A DNA stretch of 64,000 bases from an uncultured Candidatus Saccharibacteria bacterium (GCA_964444955.1 CAYUJB010000001.1:1816-65815), one strand, 5' to 3'; shown: positions 1 through 9,317, counted from the first letter of the stretch. Notes: a model not told the origin generated them from the sequence alone. Made by a program: numbers and translations.

Positions 1-768
1 AAGCTCCAGCGCCGCTGCAAGTCCGCAGGCACCGGCAACATCTTCGGTGCCCGCACGTCGTCCCCGCTCTTGGCTGCCGCCCCGTACGCGAGGTACTATC
101 TGTACCCCTCGCCGCACAAAAAGTGCCGCCGCCCCGTGAGGACCGTATGCTTTAGCTCCATTGAAGCTGAGCAAATCCACCCCGAGTGTCTGCCCATTCA
201 TCGGAAGTGTTGTGGTTGCCTGACACGCGTCCACGTGAAAGAGCGGGAACGCTGATTGATGCTCCTTACGCCACGTCGCGATTGCTCGTCCAATCTTTGC
301 GATGGGTTGAATGGTGCCGATTTCATTATTGGCATACATGAGCGAAACCAGGGTTGTATTCGGAGTGATGCGCGATACTACATCCTCCACTCGCACAACA
401 CCCGTGACGTCGACGGGAATCCACGCGGTTGTGTATCCCTCGCCGCGCAGTGAAAGCGCGGACTCCAAAACAGACAAGTGCTCGCTGGGTGCAGTCAGTA
501 CTGTTCCCTTACCTCGAGCGGTTGCGGCTCCCAGAATCGCTAGCGCATTCGCTTCAGATCCCGACGAGCAAAATACAACCTCATCGGATCGTGCATTCAA
601 AAAGCGCGCGACTGTAACGCGGGCCTCATCCAACAGAGCGGCCGCAGAACGCCCCGCATCATTAAATGACGATGGGTTACCGAAGTGCTCATAGGCGCGC
701 AGCATCGCACGGCGCGCCTGAGGCGCGAGCGGTGTTGCCGCTGCATTGTCCAGATAGATATCGTGCAT
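1..768 (-). CDS. iscS: cysteine desulfurase (IscS/NifS class I), N-terminal 256 codons; the 3' end runs off the window
   Basis: Minus-strand translation from the ATG at 766-768 reads MHDIYLDNAAATPLAPQARRAMLRAYEHFGNPSSFNDAGR...DEVVFCSSGSEANALAILGAATARGKGTVLTAPSEH (HFGNPSS and SGxTEAN motifs). The frame is open down to position 1. It is missing from the ORF track because it has no stop inside the window. Confidence 0.75.
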   Translation of the reverse strand, partial: MHDIYLDNAAATPLAPQARRAMLRAYEHFGNPSSFNDAGRSAAALLDEARVTVARFLNARSDEVVFCSSGSEANALAILGAATARGKGTVLTAPSEHLSVLESALSLRGEGYTTAWIPVDVTGVVRVEDVVSRITPNTTLVSLMYANNEIGTIQPIAKIGRAIATWRKEHQSAFPLFHVDACQATTTLPMNGQTLGVDLLSFNGAKAYGPHGAAALFVRRGVQIVPRVRGGSQERGRRAGTEDVAGACGLAAALEL

Positions 769-772
769 ACGT

Positions 773-1189
773 TTAGCTATAGCGACGCTGCGGCCAAAGC
801 ATGAGCGCCAAGAGGCCGCCGATAATGCCAATGTCATACGCGGCTATGCTGCTAAAGCCGGTGACGACTATGGATGCTGCCAGAAAGAGTGCGCCAGCAG
901 GTGCAAACCACTGCTCAAAGAATGCCGTGATAAGACTCGTCGCCACCAATACTTCGAAAATCCCTGTGAGCACAAAAACATTCGTTGCACTCATACCAAG
1001 AACATCGGCGGTGTGAATAATCCACTGCGGAGTAGTCGATCCTATCCACGAGTGCGGTTCCATAAACTTCTCGATACCCAGCCACAGAAATACGATTGCT
1101 AAACCCATGCGGAGAAAGAGGTGCGAGTAATAGTGCGACTGAAACATACAGGTAGTATACGAACCTCCGACACACATCACAACGTGCAC
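773..1189 (-). CDS. DoxX-family small membrane protein (start may be internal, at 1147)
   Basis: 138 aa ORF with 3-4 hydrophobic helices and an LRMGLAIVFLWLGIEKF DoxX-like motif. It sits directly upstream of iscS on the same strand. Confidence 0.5.
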   Translation of the reverse strand: MHVVMCVGGSYTTCMFQSHYYSHLFLRMGLAIVFLWLGIEKFMEPHSWIGSTTPQWIIHTADVLGMSATNVFVLTGIFEVLVATSLITAFFEQWFAPAGALFLAASIVVTGFSSIAAYDIGIIGGLLALMLWPQRRYS

Positions 1190-1194
1190 AACTC

Positions 1195-2475
1195 TTACTC
1201 CTTACACGTTTTTTCCAGATACGCGAGGGTACGATCTGTCAGCATACGCTCCAAGAGCGCACTGCGTAACCGCTGCGGGTCCATTTGCTCCTCCGTTGCC
1301 TGTCCTTGTCGAATAAGCTCCGCCACTGTTTGATTGAGCATTGCCTCGAGCTCCTCAGGCGACACGGCAATCTTTGCGGTCTTTGCCGTCTCACGCAGCA
1401 CCAGGCGAATCTTCACCTGGCGTTGCGCCTCTGCTGTCCAGTCGCGGCGCAAATCTTCCTCAGTCTTTTTCATGCGCGCAAGATACATACTCAGGTCTGT
1501 CCCCCGCTCCTGCAGATCGTGGCCGAATCGGTGCACCATGTCATCGAGCTCGGACTTCACCTGATCCTCAGGCGCCGGCACGCTGGCCTTCTCAATAATT
1601 GCATCGAGGATTGCGAGCCGCAGACGTTGCTGTTCTTTGGCATTCTTCTCTTTAGTAAGGCCATCGCGAAGACTCGTGCGCAAATCGGAGAGTGACGCAA
1701 ATGACCCGAGCGACGCAGCAAAGGCATCATCTGCCACTGGCTTGAGCACCGCCTGCACTTTACGCATCGTCACCGAGAAGTCCACCTTTTTTCCCGCAAT
1801 AGTCTTCTCGTAGTAGTCGTCTGGTGCGGTGAGAGAAAACTCTTTCGTTTCCCCCGCTGCAAGACCAACGAGCTGTTCCTCGAATCCTGGCATAAAGTTC
1901 TTGCCACCAATCACCAGGGGGTGATTGCGGCTGGAGCCACCTTCGATGAGTTTGCCATTCATCATGGCATCGAAGTCAACCTCGCACCGATCTCCCTCGA
2001 GCGCCGGCTCGGTCTTATCAAAGAATGTTGCGCGCATGTTCCGGACCGTATCGAGTGCCTCATCAATCTCGACAGCGCTCACGTCGACAGGTTTTGCAGC
2101 GATGCGAATATCGGCTAGCTCGGGCAAAGTAACCTTCGGCCACAGGTGTACCTGAATCGAATAGCGCAAACCCGTCGCGTCATTTTTCTCCACGTTCAGA
2201 TCGGTCGTGCGCACTACATCCCAACCCTCGCTCGTCACCGCATCACTAAAGCTCGCCTCCAACGCTAGTTCGAGCGCGGTGCTGCCGATAACTTCGGGCT
2301 TCACCTGCTTCTCGATGAGATGCTGCGGTGCTTTGCCCTTCCGAAATCCTTCCACGGTAACATCCTGAGCAATACGCTTCTTTGCTTCGTCGATAAACTT
2401 CTTGAGTTCATCTGCCTCCAGCTCGATATGCGCCGTGAGCGCGTACGGTGAAACCGTTGTGGTAGTAGTTTTCAT
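1195..2475 (-). CDS. tig: trigger factor
   Basis: 426 aa. Has an N-terminal ribosome-binding domain (GFRKGKAP), a central PPIase-like region and a C-terminal helical domain typical of trigger factor. Confidence 0.85.
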   Translation of the reverse strand: MKTTTTTVSPYALTAHIELEADELKKFIDEAKKRIAQDVTVEGFRKGKAPQHLIEKQVKPEVIGSTALELALEASFSDAVTSEGWDVVRTTDLNVEKNDATGLRYSIQVHLWPKVTLPELADIRIAAKPVDVSAVEIDEALDTVRNMRATFFDKTEPALEGDRCEVDFDAMMNGKLIEGGSSRNHPLVIGGKNFMPGFEEQLVGLAAGETKEFSLTAPDDYYEKTIAGKKVDFSVTMRKVQAVLKPVADDAFAASLGSFASLSDLRTSLRDGLTKEKNAKEQQRLRLAILDAIIEKASVPAPEDQVKSELDDMVHRFGHDLQERGTDLSMYLARMKKTEEDLRRDWTAEAQRQVKIRLVLRETAKTAKIAVSPEELEAMLNQTVAELIRQGQATEEQMDPQRLRSALLERMLTDRTLAYLEKTCKE

Positions 2476-2489
2476 CGATGAACACGTAA

Positions 2490-3755
2490 TTACTCAGCTG
2501 CAACGACTGTCTCTGAAGCGGACGCGAGCGCTTCTGCCTCAGCGAGTACCTCGTCGGATGACGCAACTTCTTTTGGACTACGCACATCAATCTTCCAGCC
2601 CGTAATCTTTGCGGCGAGGCGCACGTTTTGACCACCCTTGCCGATAGCAAGCGAGAATTGGTCGTCAGCTACTTCGGCGAGTGCAACCTTGTGCTCCTGG
2701 TCAGTGAGGTTCACCTGAAGAATCTTTGCGGGAGAAAGCGCATTGGCAATAAAGCGTGCTGCGTCGGTGTCGTGCTGGATAATATCAATCTTCTCACCAG
2801 CCAAATCATTGATGACGGTCTGTACGCGAACACCGCGTTGGCCCACCAGCGAACCAATGGGGTCCACGCCTTCTTGCGTCGATGCGACGGCGATCTTTGT
2901 GCGACTGCCCGGCTCGCGAGCGATGCCCATCACCGCCACTGCGCCGCTGTCGATTTCAGGAACCTCCATACGGAAGAGTTCGCGGACAAGATTTGGGTGG
3001 GCGCGCGAGAGCACAATCACCGGACCACGAGCGGCATCTTCTACTTTCATAATATAGAAGCGCAAACGCTGACCGATACGATAGTGGTCTGCGGGCATCT
3101 GCTCCGCCACCGGCAAAAGACCGTTAGTCTTTCCAAGATCGACAAACACCAGTGGGCCCTCGCGGCGCTGCACCATGCCGCTCACGAGTGTGCCTTCTTT
3201 TCCGCGATACTCTGCCATCACCGCGCCGCGCTCCGCTTCACGCAAACGCTGGATGACCACCTGCTTGGCGGTCTGTGCGGCAATGCGACCAAAGTCTTCT
3301 TTGGCCTCAAGCGCTTCAACCACTTCGTCACCGATCTCAATCTTCTTTTGCTTTTTCTTCGCATCCGCAAGAAGCATGTGCTTCTCGGGATTAAACTTCA
3401 CACGAATAGTGCCTTCGGCGGTAACCTCTTGGTCGCCAGTAATTGCTTGTCCCGCTTCACGCTGACGCTGCATATCGACGATATCGATACGGTCCTGCGT
3501 CACCTTCTCGGGCAGCGTTCCGGTGATGTATCCCTCCTCGTCAAAACCCTCCACAACGTAGTGGGTTTGCGTGATATCCATGGCGCCGGTTTCGGCATTG
3601 AGCTTCACTTTGATAATCTGTCCCTTCTTGCCGTAGTCACGCTTATACGCGGCCGCGAGTGCAGCTTCTACGGTATCCAGCACGCTCTCCTGCGCAATCC
3701 CCTTCTCTTCTGCAATCTGCTTGATGGCTGACATGAACTGCTTGATGTCGATCAT
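2490..3755 (-). CDS. nusA: transcription termination/antitermination factor NusA
   Basis: 421 aa. Has an N-terminal NusA domain, an S1 domain and KH1/KH2 domains (GPVIVLSRAHPNLVRELF, GQRGVRVQTV, IGKGGQNVRLAAKITGWKIDV). Confidence 0.9.
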   Translation of the reverse strand: MIDIKQFMSAIKQIAEEKGIAQESVLDTVEAALAAAYKRDYGKKGQIIKVKLNAETGAMDITQTHYVVEGFDEEGYITGTLPEKVTQDRIDIVDMQRQREAGQAITGDQEVTAEGTIRVKFNPEKHMLLADAKKKQKKIEIGDEVVEALEAKEDFGRIAAQTAKQVVIQRLREAERGAVMAEYRGKEGTLVSGMVQRREGPLVFVDLGKTNGLLPVAEQMPADHYRIGQRLRFYIMKVEDAARGPVIVLSRAHPNLVRELFRMEVPEIDSGAVAVMGIAREPGSRTKIAVASTQEGVDPIGSLVGQRGVRVQTVINDLAGEKIDIIQHDTDAARFIANALSPAKILQVNLTDQEHKVALAEVADDQFSLAIGKGGQNVRLAAKITGWKIDVRSPKEVASSDEVLAEAEALASASETVVAAE

Positions 3756-3919
3756 ACTTAAGTTGTTATTTAATTGTTACTCTCTACAATTCGAGGCCCA
3801 CTCTTCAGTGGACCTCGGTGTTAAAGACATAATAGCAAATCTGTTGAGAATGTCAACATATCCATAGGTCTCCAAAACTTTGTCCACAAAATCTCGTTTA
3901 CAAAAAGGCGCTCTCGCGT

Positions 3920-5608
3920 ATGGTACCTTCAGATATGGCAACGCCTCCCACTGACCCCAAAAAACGAGATGTAAATGCTGAACTCGAGGAAAAGTTGGCA
4001 TCCATTGGCCAGCACGAGCAAGAGTTGGCTGCGCAAACGCTCGCTACCGAACTCTCTCTCCCGTTTCTCAATCTCCAAGGCCTTCAAGTTGATCCCGCAG
4101 CACTCAAAGCAATCTCGGAGGACGAATCTCGCGCGTCTGGTGTTGCGCTTATCCAAGCTCACAGTGCAACTGGCGTTGCGGTGGCCCTTGATCCGCGAAC
4201 GCCCTCTGCGCAAGAAGTGCTGGCGCGCCTCAAAGATACATACGCCGATCTCAAGGTTGTCATTGTGTCCACCGAGACCATGCAATCGGTTTGGCAGCGC
4301 TATGCGACCATCAAGACGGTTGATGTGTTTGAGGTTGGTGCCATCGATGTCGATGACGCAGCGCTCGCAAACGCTACTGCATCTATCAAGAGCATCAACG
4401 ACATCAAGTCCAGGATGGATACCGTAGCAGTGACCGAGCTTTTTGAAATGCTCATCGCCGGAGCGCTCTCCACGCGCTCGTCGGATATTCACTTCGAGCC
4501 CGAGGCGGAAATTGTTCGCCTACGCTATCGCCTCGACGGACTCCTCCATGAAGTAGCCACGATCGATAAAGTGCGATACCAGCGCGTGCTCAATCGCGTC
4601 AAGGTACTCTCGAAGATGAAGCTCAACATTACCAAGGCGCCACAAGACGGACGCTTTACCATTCGCCAGAGTGATATCGCCATCGAAGTGCGCGTCTCGG
4701 TGCTCCCCAGCGAATATGGCGAGTCGATTGTGATGCGACTTCTCGACCCTCGCGGTATTCAGGCAAAACTCGAAGATCTCGGAATGCGCCCCGATGTGCT
4801 GGCAAAGGTCAAAGAGCTGCTCGCTCGTCCCCAGGGAGCTCTCCTCACCACAGGACCAACCGGCTCTGGAAAAACCACCACCCTCTACGCGTTTCTCAAC
4901 TTCCTCAACACTCCCGACATGAAGATCATTACAGTTGAGGACCCTATCGAATACCACATCACGGGAGTCAACCAAACACAGGTAGATCCATCGAAGGGTT
5001 ATACCTTTGCGGGAGGATTGCGTGCAATCGTACGCCAAGACCCCGATATCATTCTTATCGGAGAAATACGCGATCTCGAGACTGCCGGTATCGCACTTGA
5101 AGCAGCGCTCACCGGACACATGGTGCTCTCGACCATTCACACCAATGATGCAGCGGGCACCGTGCCACGTCTTATTGATATCGGTGTGCGTCCTGATACG
5201 GTCGCACCCGCACTCACTATGGCGATGGGCCAGCGCCTGGTACGAAAACTCTGCGAGGAGTGCAAAAAAGAAATCCCCTTGAGTGCTGCGGACAGTGAAA
5301 AACTTCAGGCCAGCCTCAGTGGACTCACTGAGCGCTTTGGACTGGCCTCGTTGACCGCCGGTCTTAAAATCTTCGGCCCCGTCGGCTGTGAGGCCTGCAA
5401 CCATATTGGATACAAGGGCCGCATTGGAGTGTACGAGGTATTCGAAGTTACCCGTTCGATGGAGCGCCTTATTCTTGATGCGGCATCCGTGACCGATATT
5501 CGTGACCTGGCTATCAAAGAAGGGATGGTCACGATGGTGCAGGACGGATACCTAAAACTCCTCAACGGAATCACGTCCATTGAGGAGCTCAGGAGAGTGT
5601 TGGGCTAG
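3920..5608 (+). CDS. pilB: type II secretion / type IV pilus assembly ATPase, GspE/PilB family
   Basis: 562 aa. Has a T2SSE_N-like N-terminus, Walker A GPTGSGKTT, Asp/His boxes, and a tetracysteine motif CEEC...CEAC typical of PilB/GspE. Confidence 0.85.
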   Translation: MVPSDMATPPTDPKKRDVNAELEEKLASIGQHEQELAAQTLATELSLPFLNLQGLQVDPAALKAISEDESRASGVALIQAHSATGVAVALDPRTPSAQEVLARLKDTYADLKVVIVSTETMQSVWQRYATIKTVDVFEVGAIDVDDAALANATASIKSINDIKSRMDTVAVTELFEMLIAGALSTRSSDIHFEPEAEIVRLRYRLDGLLHEVATIDKVRYQRVLNRVKVLSKMKLNITKAPQDGRFTIRQSDIAIEVRVSVLPSEYGESIVMRLLDPRGIQAKLEDLGMRPDVLAKVKELLARPQGALLTTGPTGSGKTTTLYAFLNFLNTPDMKIITVEDPIEYHITGVNQTQVDPSKGYTFAGGLRAIVRQDPDIILIGEIRDLETAGIALEAALTGHMVLSTIHTNDAAGTVPRLIDIGVRPDTVAPALTMAMGQRLVRKLCEECKKEIPLSAADSEKLQASLSGLTERFGLASLTAGLKIFGPVGCEACNHIGYKGRIGVYEVFEVTRSMERLILDAASVTDIRDLAIKEGMVTMVQDGYLKLLNGITSIEELRRVLG

Positions 5609-5838
5609 TAAGGACCTTTATAACCTGTAGGCAAAATCCGCAACCATAGGGCCGCGGGACAGGATAATTCCGAGGAGAGATCCAGTCGAAACCAAATCTT
5701 CCGAGCTAAGAGAGTATCCCGACTGAGTCGTCGTGCGTGGAGCATTGGACTCAGTTGCCTACAGATTATAGAGGTTCTTGCAGCTTCGTCACCCGACACG
5801 GGTTGCCAGCGACTGCTACTATTCTATTCTATTTTTAT

Positions 5839-6861
5839 ATGAATGTCAAGACCCCCACCACAGCCCCTTCGGGCGCCCCTGATGACCAGGTTTTAGACCT
5901 TACCCTTCGGCCAAGGGATTTTAATGAATATGTGGGGCAGGAAAAAACAAAGGAAAACCTGCGTATTGTGCTTGGAGCTGCCCGAAAACGCAACGAAACC
6001 CCTGAACACATCCTCTTTCACGGCCCTTCAGGACTAGGAAAGACCACCCTTGCCTACCTGGTAGCAAAAGAGCTCAACAGCAACCTCCGTATGACCTCGG
6101 GGACGGCTCTGGAGAAGGCCGGCGACGTCGGCTCTATCCTCACCGGACTTTCTGATGGCGACGTGCTCTTCATCGACGAGGTGCACCGCCTCAATAAGAT
6201 GGTGGAGGAGGTCATCTATCCCGCCATGGAGAACTTCAAGCTCGATATCGTCATCGGGAAGGGCAACGCCGCAAAAACACTCCAGATCGATCTTCCTCAC
6301 TTCACGCTTGTTGCCGCGACCACCAAGATTTCGATGCTCTCTGCGCCATTTCGTTCGCGCTTTGGATCTAACTTCCGTCTTGAGTACTACGAGACGCCCG
6401 AGATCGAACGCATCATCACCCGCTCCGCGCAGTTGCTGGGTCTCAACATCACCAAACCCTCACTGAGCTTGATTGCACGCTCTGCACGCGCAACTCCTCG
6501 CGTTGCCAATCGCCTCCTCAAGCGAGTACGCGACTATTCGCAGGTACACAACATTCCTGTTGTCGACGAAAGCACAACCGCCACCGCGCTTGAAATGCTC
6601 GAAGTAGACGCGCAGGGATTGGAGGAAACGGATCGCAAGATTTTGCGCACCATTGCGACTACATTTTCGGGCGGACCGGTGGGCCTCAAGTCAATCGCGG
6701 CAACCGTCTCCGAAGAGGAAAGCACCATCGAGGATGTCTACGAACCTTACCTCATGCGGCTCGGGTTTATCGCACGCACCACCAAGGGACGCGTCATCAC
6801 AAAAGCAGGACGAGATCACATTGGCGTCGCCGACCCCGACTCTCTCCATCTGGATTTCTAG
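5839..6861 (+). CDS. ruvB: Holliday junction branch migration ATPase RuvB
   Basis: Start corrected to ATG 5839 (MNVKTPTT...). The ORF-track start at 5737 adds an unconserved leader. Has the AAA+ motifs GPSGLGKTTLA and LFIDEVHRL and a C-terminal winged helix. Confidence 0.9.
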   Translation: MNVKTPTTAPSGAPDDQVLDLTLRPRDFNEYVGQEKTKENLRIVLGAARKRNETPEHILFHGPSGLGKTTLAYLVAKELNSNLRMTSGTALEKAGDVGSILTGLSDGDVLFIDEVHRLNKMVEEVIYPAMENFKLDIVIGKGNAAKTLQIDLPHFTLVAATTKISMLSAPFRSRFGSNFRLEYYETPEIERIITRSAQLLGLNITKPSLSLIARSARATPRVANRLLKRVRDYSQVHNIPVVDESTTATALEMLEVDAQGLEETDRKILRTIATTFSGGPVGLKSIAATVSEEESTIEDVYEPYLMRLGFIARTTKGRVITKAGRDHIGVADPDSLHLDF

Positions 6862-6888
6862 CGCCAGCTCAGGTATCCTAGGGACGCT

Positions 6889-7428
6889 ATGTCCGGACAT
6901 TCAAAGTGGTCCCAAATTAAACACAAGAAAGCACTTGCCGATTCTAAAAAGGGCAAGGCCTTTGGCAAGCTTGCGCAAGCAATCTCAATGGCGGCGCGCG
7001 CAAACCCCGATCCTGCAAAGAACCTCCGTCTCAAGGGCGAGATCGAGCGAGCCAGAGCGGTGAATATGCCCAATGAGAGTATTCAACGTGCTATTCGCCG
7101 CGTGAGTGAAAAAGATGCTTCGGCGCTCGTGGATATTCAACTCGAATTCATTGGCCCCGAAAACTCGGCGATCATTGTTTCTGCAATCACCGATAATAGT
7201 AATCGCACCATTGGTGATCTCAAAAAGATAGCGGCGTCATTTGGGGTGCATATGGTTGGTCGAGGCGCTGTATTGTGGATGTTCCAAAAAATTGACGGCG
7301 AGTTCGTACCATTTACTCCCCTCGATATCACCGATAGCACCGCGCGAGAACACCTTGAGAGCTTCTTGGAGGCGCTCGATGACCATGACGACGTGCAGGA
7401 GCTGGCAACGAATGTAAACCGCTCATGA
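6889..7428 (+). CDS. yebC: YebC/PmpR-family probable transcriptional regulator (short form)
   Basis: N-terminus MSGHSKWSQIKHKKALADSKKGKAFGKL matches the YebC signature. It is only 179 aa and lacks the usual central domain. Located between ruvB and ruvC as in many bacteria. Confidence 0.7.
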   Translation: MSGHSKWSQIKHKKALADSKKGKAFGKLAQAISMAARANPDPAKNLRLKGEIERARAVNMPNESIQRAIRRVSEKDASALVDIQLEFIGPENSAIIVSAITDNSNRTIGDLKKIAASFGVHMVGRGAVLWMFQKIDGEFVPFTPLDITDSTAREHLESFLEALDDHDDVQELATNVNRS

Positions 7429-7898
7429 CACGGTATCTAGGAGTCGACCCCGGCACAACGCGCATCGGCTACGGTATCATTGAAGAAGACCGCGGGTCAT
7501 TTCGTTCACTCGCCTGGGGGATCATCGATAATCCCGGAACGGACTCATCGAAAGATAAAGCTGCAACAGCAATACAACTCAAAGCGCTCATCGATGAATT
7601 CCACCCTACCAGCGCCGGCGTGGAGCGACTTTTTTTCATGAACAACCAGCGCACAGCTATGGCGGTGGCGGAGATGCGCGGTGTTATTATGCTCACTCTT
7701 CAGCAGTCGCAGATTCCGGTACACGAATTCACTCCGCAACAGGTGAAGCTCACCGTGTGTGGCCATGGACAAGCCACCAAACGACAGATGCAAGATATGA
7801 TACAAATGCTTCTGCACATCAAGGAGCGCGTATCGCCAGATGATGCAGCCGACGGACTCGCACTCGCCCTCTGCTGCGCCACCGCAAAATCATATTGA
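7425..7898 (+). CDS. ruvC: crossover junction endodeoxyribonuclease RuvC
   Basis: 157 aa, MTRYLGVDPGTTRIGYGII, RNase H-like fold with catalytic acidic residues. Start overlaps the yebC stop as ATGA. Confidence 0.85.
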   Translation: MTRYLGVDPGTTRIGYGIIEEDRGSFRSLAWGIIDNPGTDSSKDKAATAIQLKALIDEFHPTSAGVERLFFMNNQRTAMAVAEMRGVIMLTLQQSQIPVHEFTPQQVKLTVCGHGQATKRQMQDMIQMLLHIKERVSPDDAADGLALALCCATAKSY

Positions 7899-7946
7899 CA
7901 ACGATAGTCGTCTCGATACAATAACGCCATATATAACGTAAAACCT

Positions 7947-8102
7947 ATGGACGACGAAAAGAAACTACATATGTTCGCCGAGACAGAAGAGACTGAGGTA
8001 GAAGATCCCGACGAAGACGAAGAGGATGAAGATGATGAGGACGACGAAGATGAGGACGAGGAAGATGATGAGCTCGACGAGGATGAAGAGAAGCTCGTCT
8101 AA
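7947..8102 (+). CDS. hyper-acidic 51-aa small protein (hypothetical)
   Basis: ORF MDDEKKLHMFAETEETEVEDPDEDEEDEDDEDDEDEDEEDDELDEDEEKLV, followed at 8106-8127 by a canonical intrinsic terminator. Below the ORF-track size cutoff. Confidence 0.3.
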   Translation: MDDEKKLHMFAETEETEVEDPDEDEEDEDDEDDEDEDEEDDELDEDEEKLV

Positions 8103-8105
8103 TAT

Positions 8106-8127
8106 AAAATCCCCTTCGGGGGATTTT
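8106..8127. terminator. bidirectional Rho-independent terminator between the small acidic ORF (+) and tyrS (-)
   Basis: AAAATCCCC-TTCG-GGGGATTTT: a perfect 9-bp stem with a tetraloop, flanked by an A-run on one side and a T-run on the other. Confidence 0.5.
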
Positions 8128-9253
8128 ATATTACTTTAAACAATTTTCCCTTTCCGACGCGTATCTCGTCTCCGCGCTTCACTTCAACTCCCCACTGCTT
8201 TTCGAGTACTCCGTTCACCGAAACTGCGCCTTGATCTATGAGTGCCTTCGCTGTAGTCGAGGAAGACGCGACTCCATTATCCTTGAGAAATTGAACCAGT
8301 GTGCTGGCTGGAGCTGAAGGAATGGGCTCTGCCGCAGCCTCAACCGCTGCATCGCCTTGGTACATGCGCACCAATTCGGCGGCGAGCGCTTCTTTTGCTG
8401 TGCGGGGATCTTGAGCGCAAATCTCGTGAATATCCTGGATCGACTGTATGGTGCACAGCTCAAACATCTGAGCAATCATCGTATCGTCAATCGCGAGAAT
8501 TTTCCGACGTATTTCTTGCGCCGGATCATTGACCGCAATCAACGTCCCCTCGCTCTTGGCCATCTTCTTTCCCGATGACGCATCAACGAGCAATTTTGTG
8601 GCGAGAACAAGTTTATCCTTCCCGAGAATCTCGCGCTCCAATTCGCGACCCATGAGCATGTTGAATGTTTGGTCATTGCCGCCCACCTCGCCGTCGGTAC
8701 GCAGTGCGACCGAGTCGTATCCCTGCATGAGCGGATACAAGAACTCGTTGAGGTAAATGGGCTTCTCAGCTTTCAAGCGCTCTTGAAACATATCCCGCTG
8801 AATCATTTGTTGCACCGTCACCATACCGGTGAGGCGCAAAATCTCCCCCATAGTAAGCGCGCCAAGCCATTCACTATTATAGACGACTCGAAACGTACCG
8901 GGCTCGAGAATCTTTTCCACCTGCTGCACGTACGAGCTCATATTCGCTTCGATATCCTCAATACTCAGTGCAACACGAGCAGAACCCTTCCCTGTGGGAT
9001 CACCTATACGTGCTGTAAAATCACCAATGAGCAGTACAATGTCGTGACCAAGCACGGCAAGATCACGCAATACTAAGAGTGGGATAGTGTGCCCGAGATG
9101 AAGCTCGGATCCTGTGGGATCGATGCCGAGATAGAACGTAAGGCGCTCAGATCCAGCAAGGCGCGAAATCATCGCTTCGCGAGTTGGATACACTCCTTCA
9201 ACGCGTCGTGCAATGAATGCCTCTACAAATAGTGTTCGCTCTTGTGGACTCAT
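8126..9253 (-). CDS. tyrS: tyrosine--tRNA ligase
   Basis: HLGH (HIGH-class) and KMAKS (KMSKS) motifs, plus a C-terminal S4-like domain (ALIDQGAVSVNGV). Start moved to ATG 9253 (MSPQERTLFVEAF...). The longer 9388 start would overlap the PBP gene and its promoter. Confidence 0.85.
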   Translation of the reverse strand: MSPQERTLFVEAFIARRVEGVYPTREAMISRLAGSERLTFYLGIDPTGSELHLGHTIPLLVLRDLAVLGHDIVLLIGDFTARIGDPTGKGSARVALSIEDIEANMSSYVQQVEKILEPGTFRVVYNSEWLGALTMGEILRLTGMVTVQQMIQRDMFQERLKAEKPIYLNEFLYPLMQGYDSVALRTDGEVGGNDQTFNMLMGRELEREILGKDKLVLATKLLVDASSGKKMAKSEGTLIAVNDPAQEIRRKILAIDDTMIAQMFELCTIQSIQDIHEICAQDPRTAKEALAAELVRMYQGDAAVEAAAEPIPSAPASTLVQFLKDNGVASSSTTAKALIDQGAVSVNGVLEKQWGVEVKRGDEIRVGKGKLFKVI

Positions 9254-9281
9254 ATCAGTAGTATAGCGATTCACGAAATTA

Positions 9282-9310
9282 TTGTAAATACGTCTTTTTT
9301 GTGGTATAGT
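9282..9310 (+). promoter_or_regulatory. sigma70-like promoter for the PBP gene (-35 TTGTAA, 17-bp spacer, extended -10 TGgTATAGT)
   Basis: TTGTAA at 9282-9287 and TATAGT at 9305-9310, with TGG immediately upstream. The ATG at 9318 follows without a Shine-Dalgarno sequence, so the mRNA is leaderless or has a very short leader. Confidence 0.35.
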
Positions 9311-9317
9311 TTCACCT

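Noticed and set aside
480-620. Apparent double frameshift in the minus-strand cysteine desulfurase (extra T in a T-run near 598-603)
   Set aside because: On re-reading the sequence lines I found I had mis-transcribed one base at the 540/541 line break. With the correct sequence the frame is continuous (…VTVARFLNARSDEVVFCSSGSEANALAILGAATARGKG…). The gene is intact.
70-694. Plus-strand ORFs 70-255, 256-453, 311-694 and 429-617
   Set aside because: These are low-complexity, motif-less translations lying antisense to the well-supported iscS reading frame. They are spurious ORFs.
2628-3731. 367-aa plus-strand ORF
   Set aside because: Entirely antisense to nusA, His/Cys/Leu-rich with no motifs. 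A typical shadow ORF of a GC-rich gene.
4520-5404. 294-aa minus-strand ORF
   Set aside because: Antisense to pilB, with no domain signature. Shadow ORF.
8299-9076. Several 70-135-aa ORFs on both strands inside tyrS
   Set aside because: They lie out of frame with or antisense to the TyrRS frame that carries HLGH and KMAKS. No independent support.
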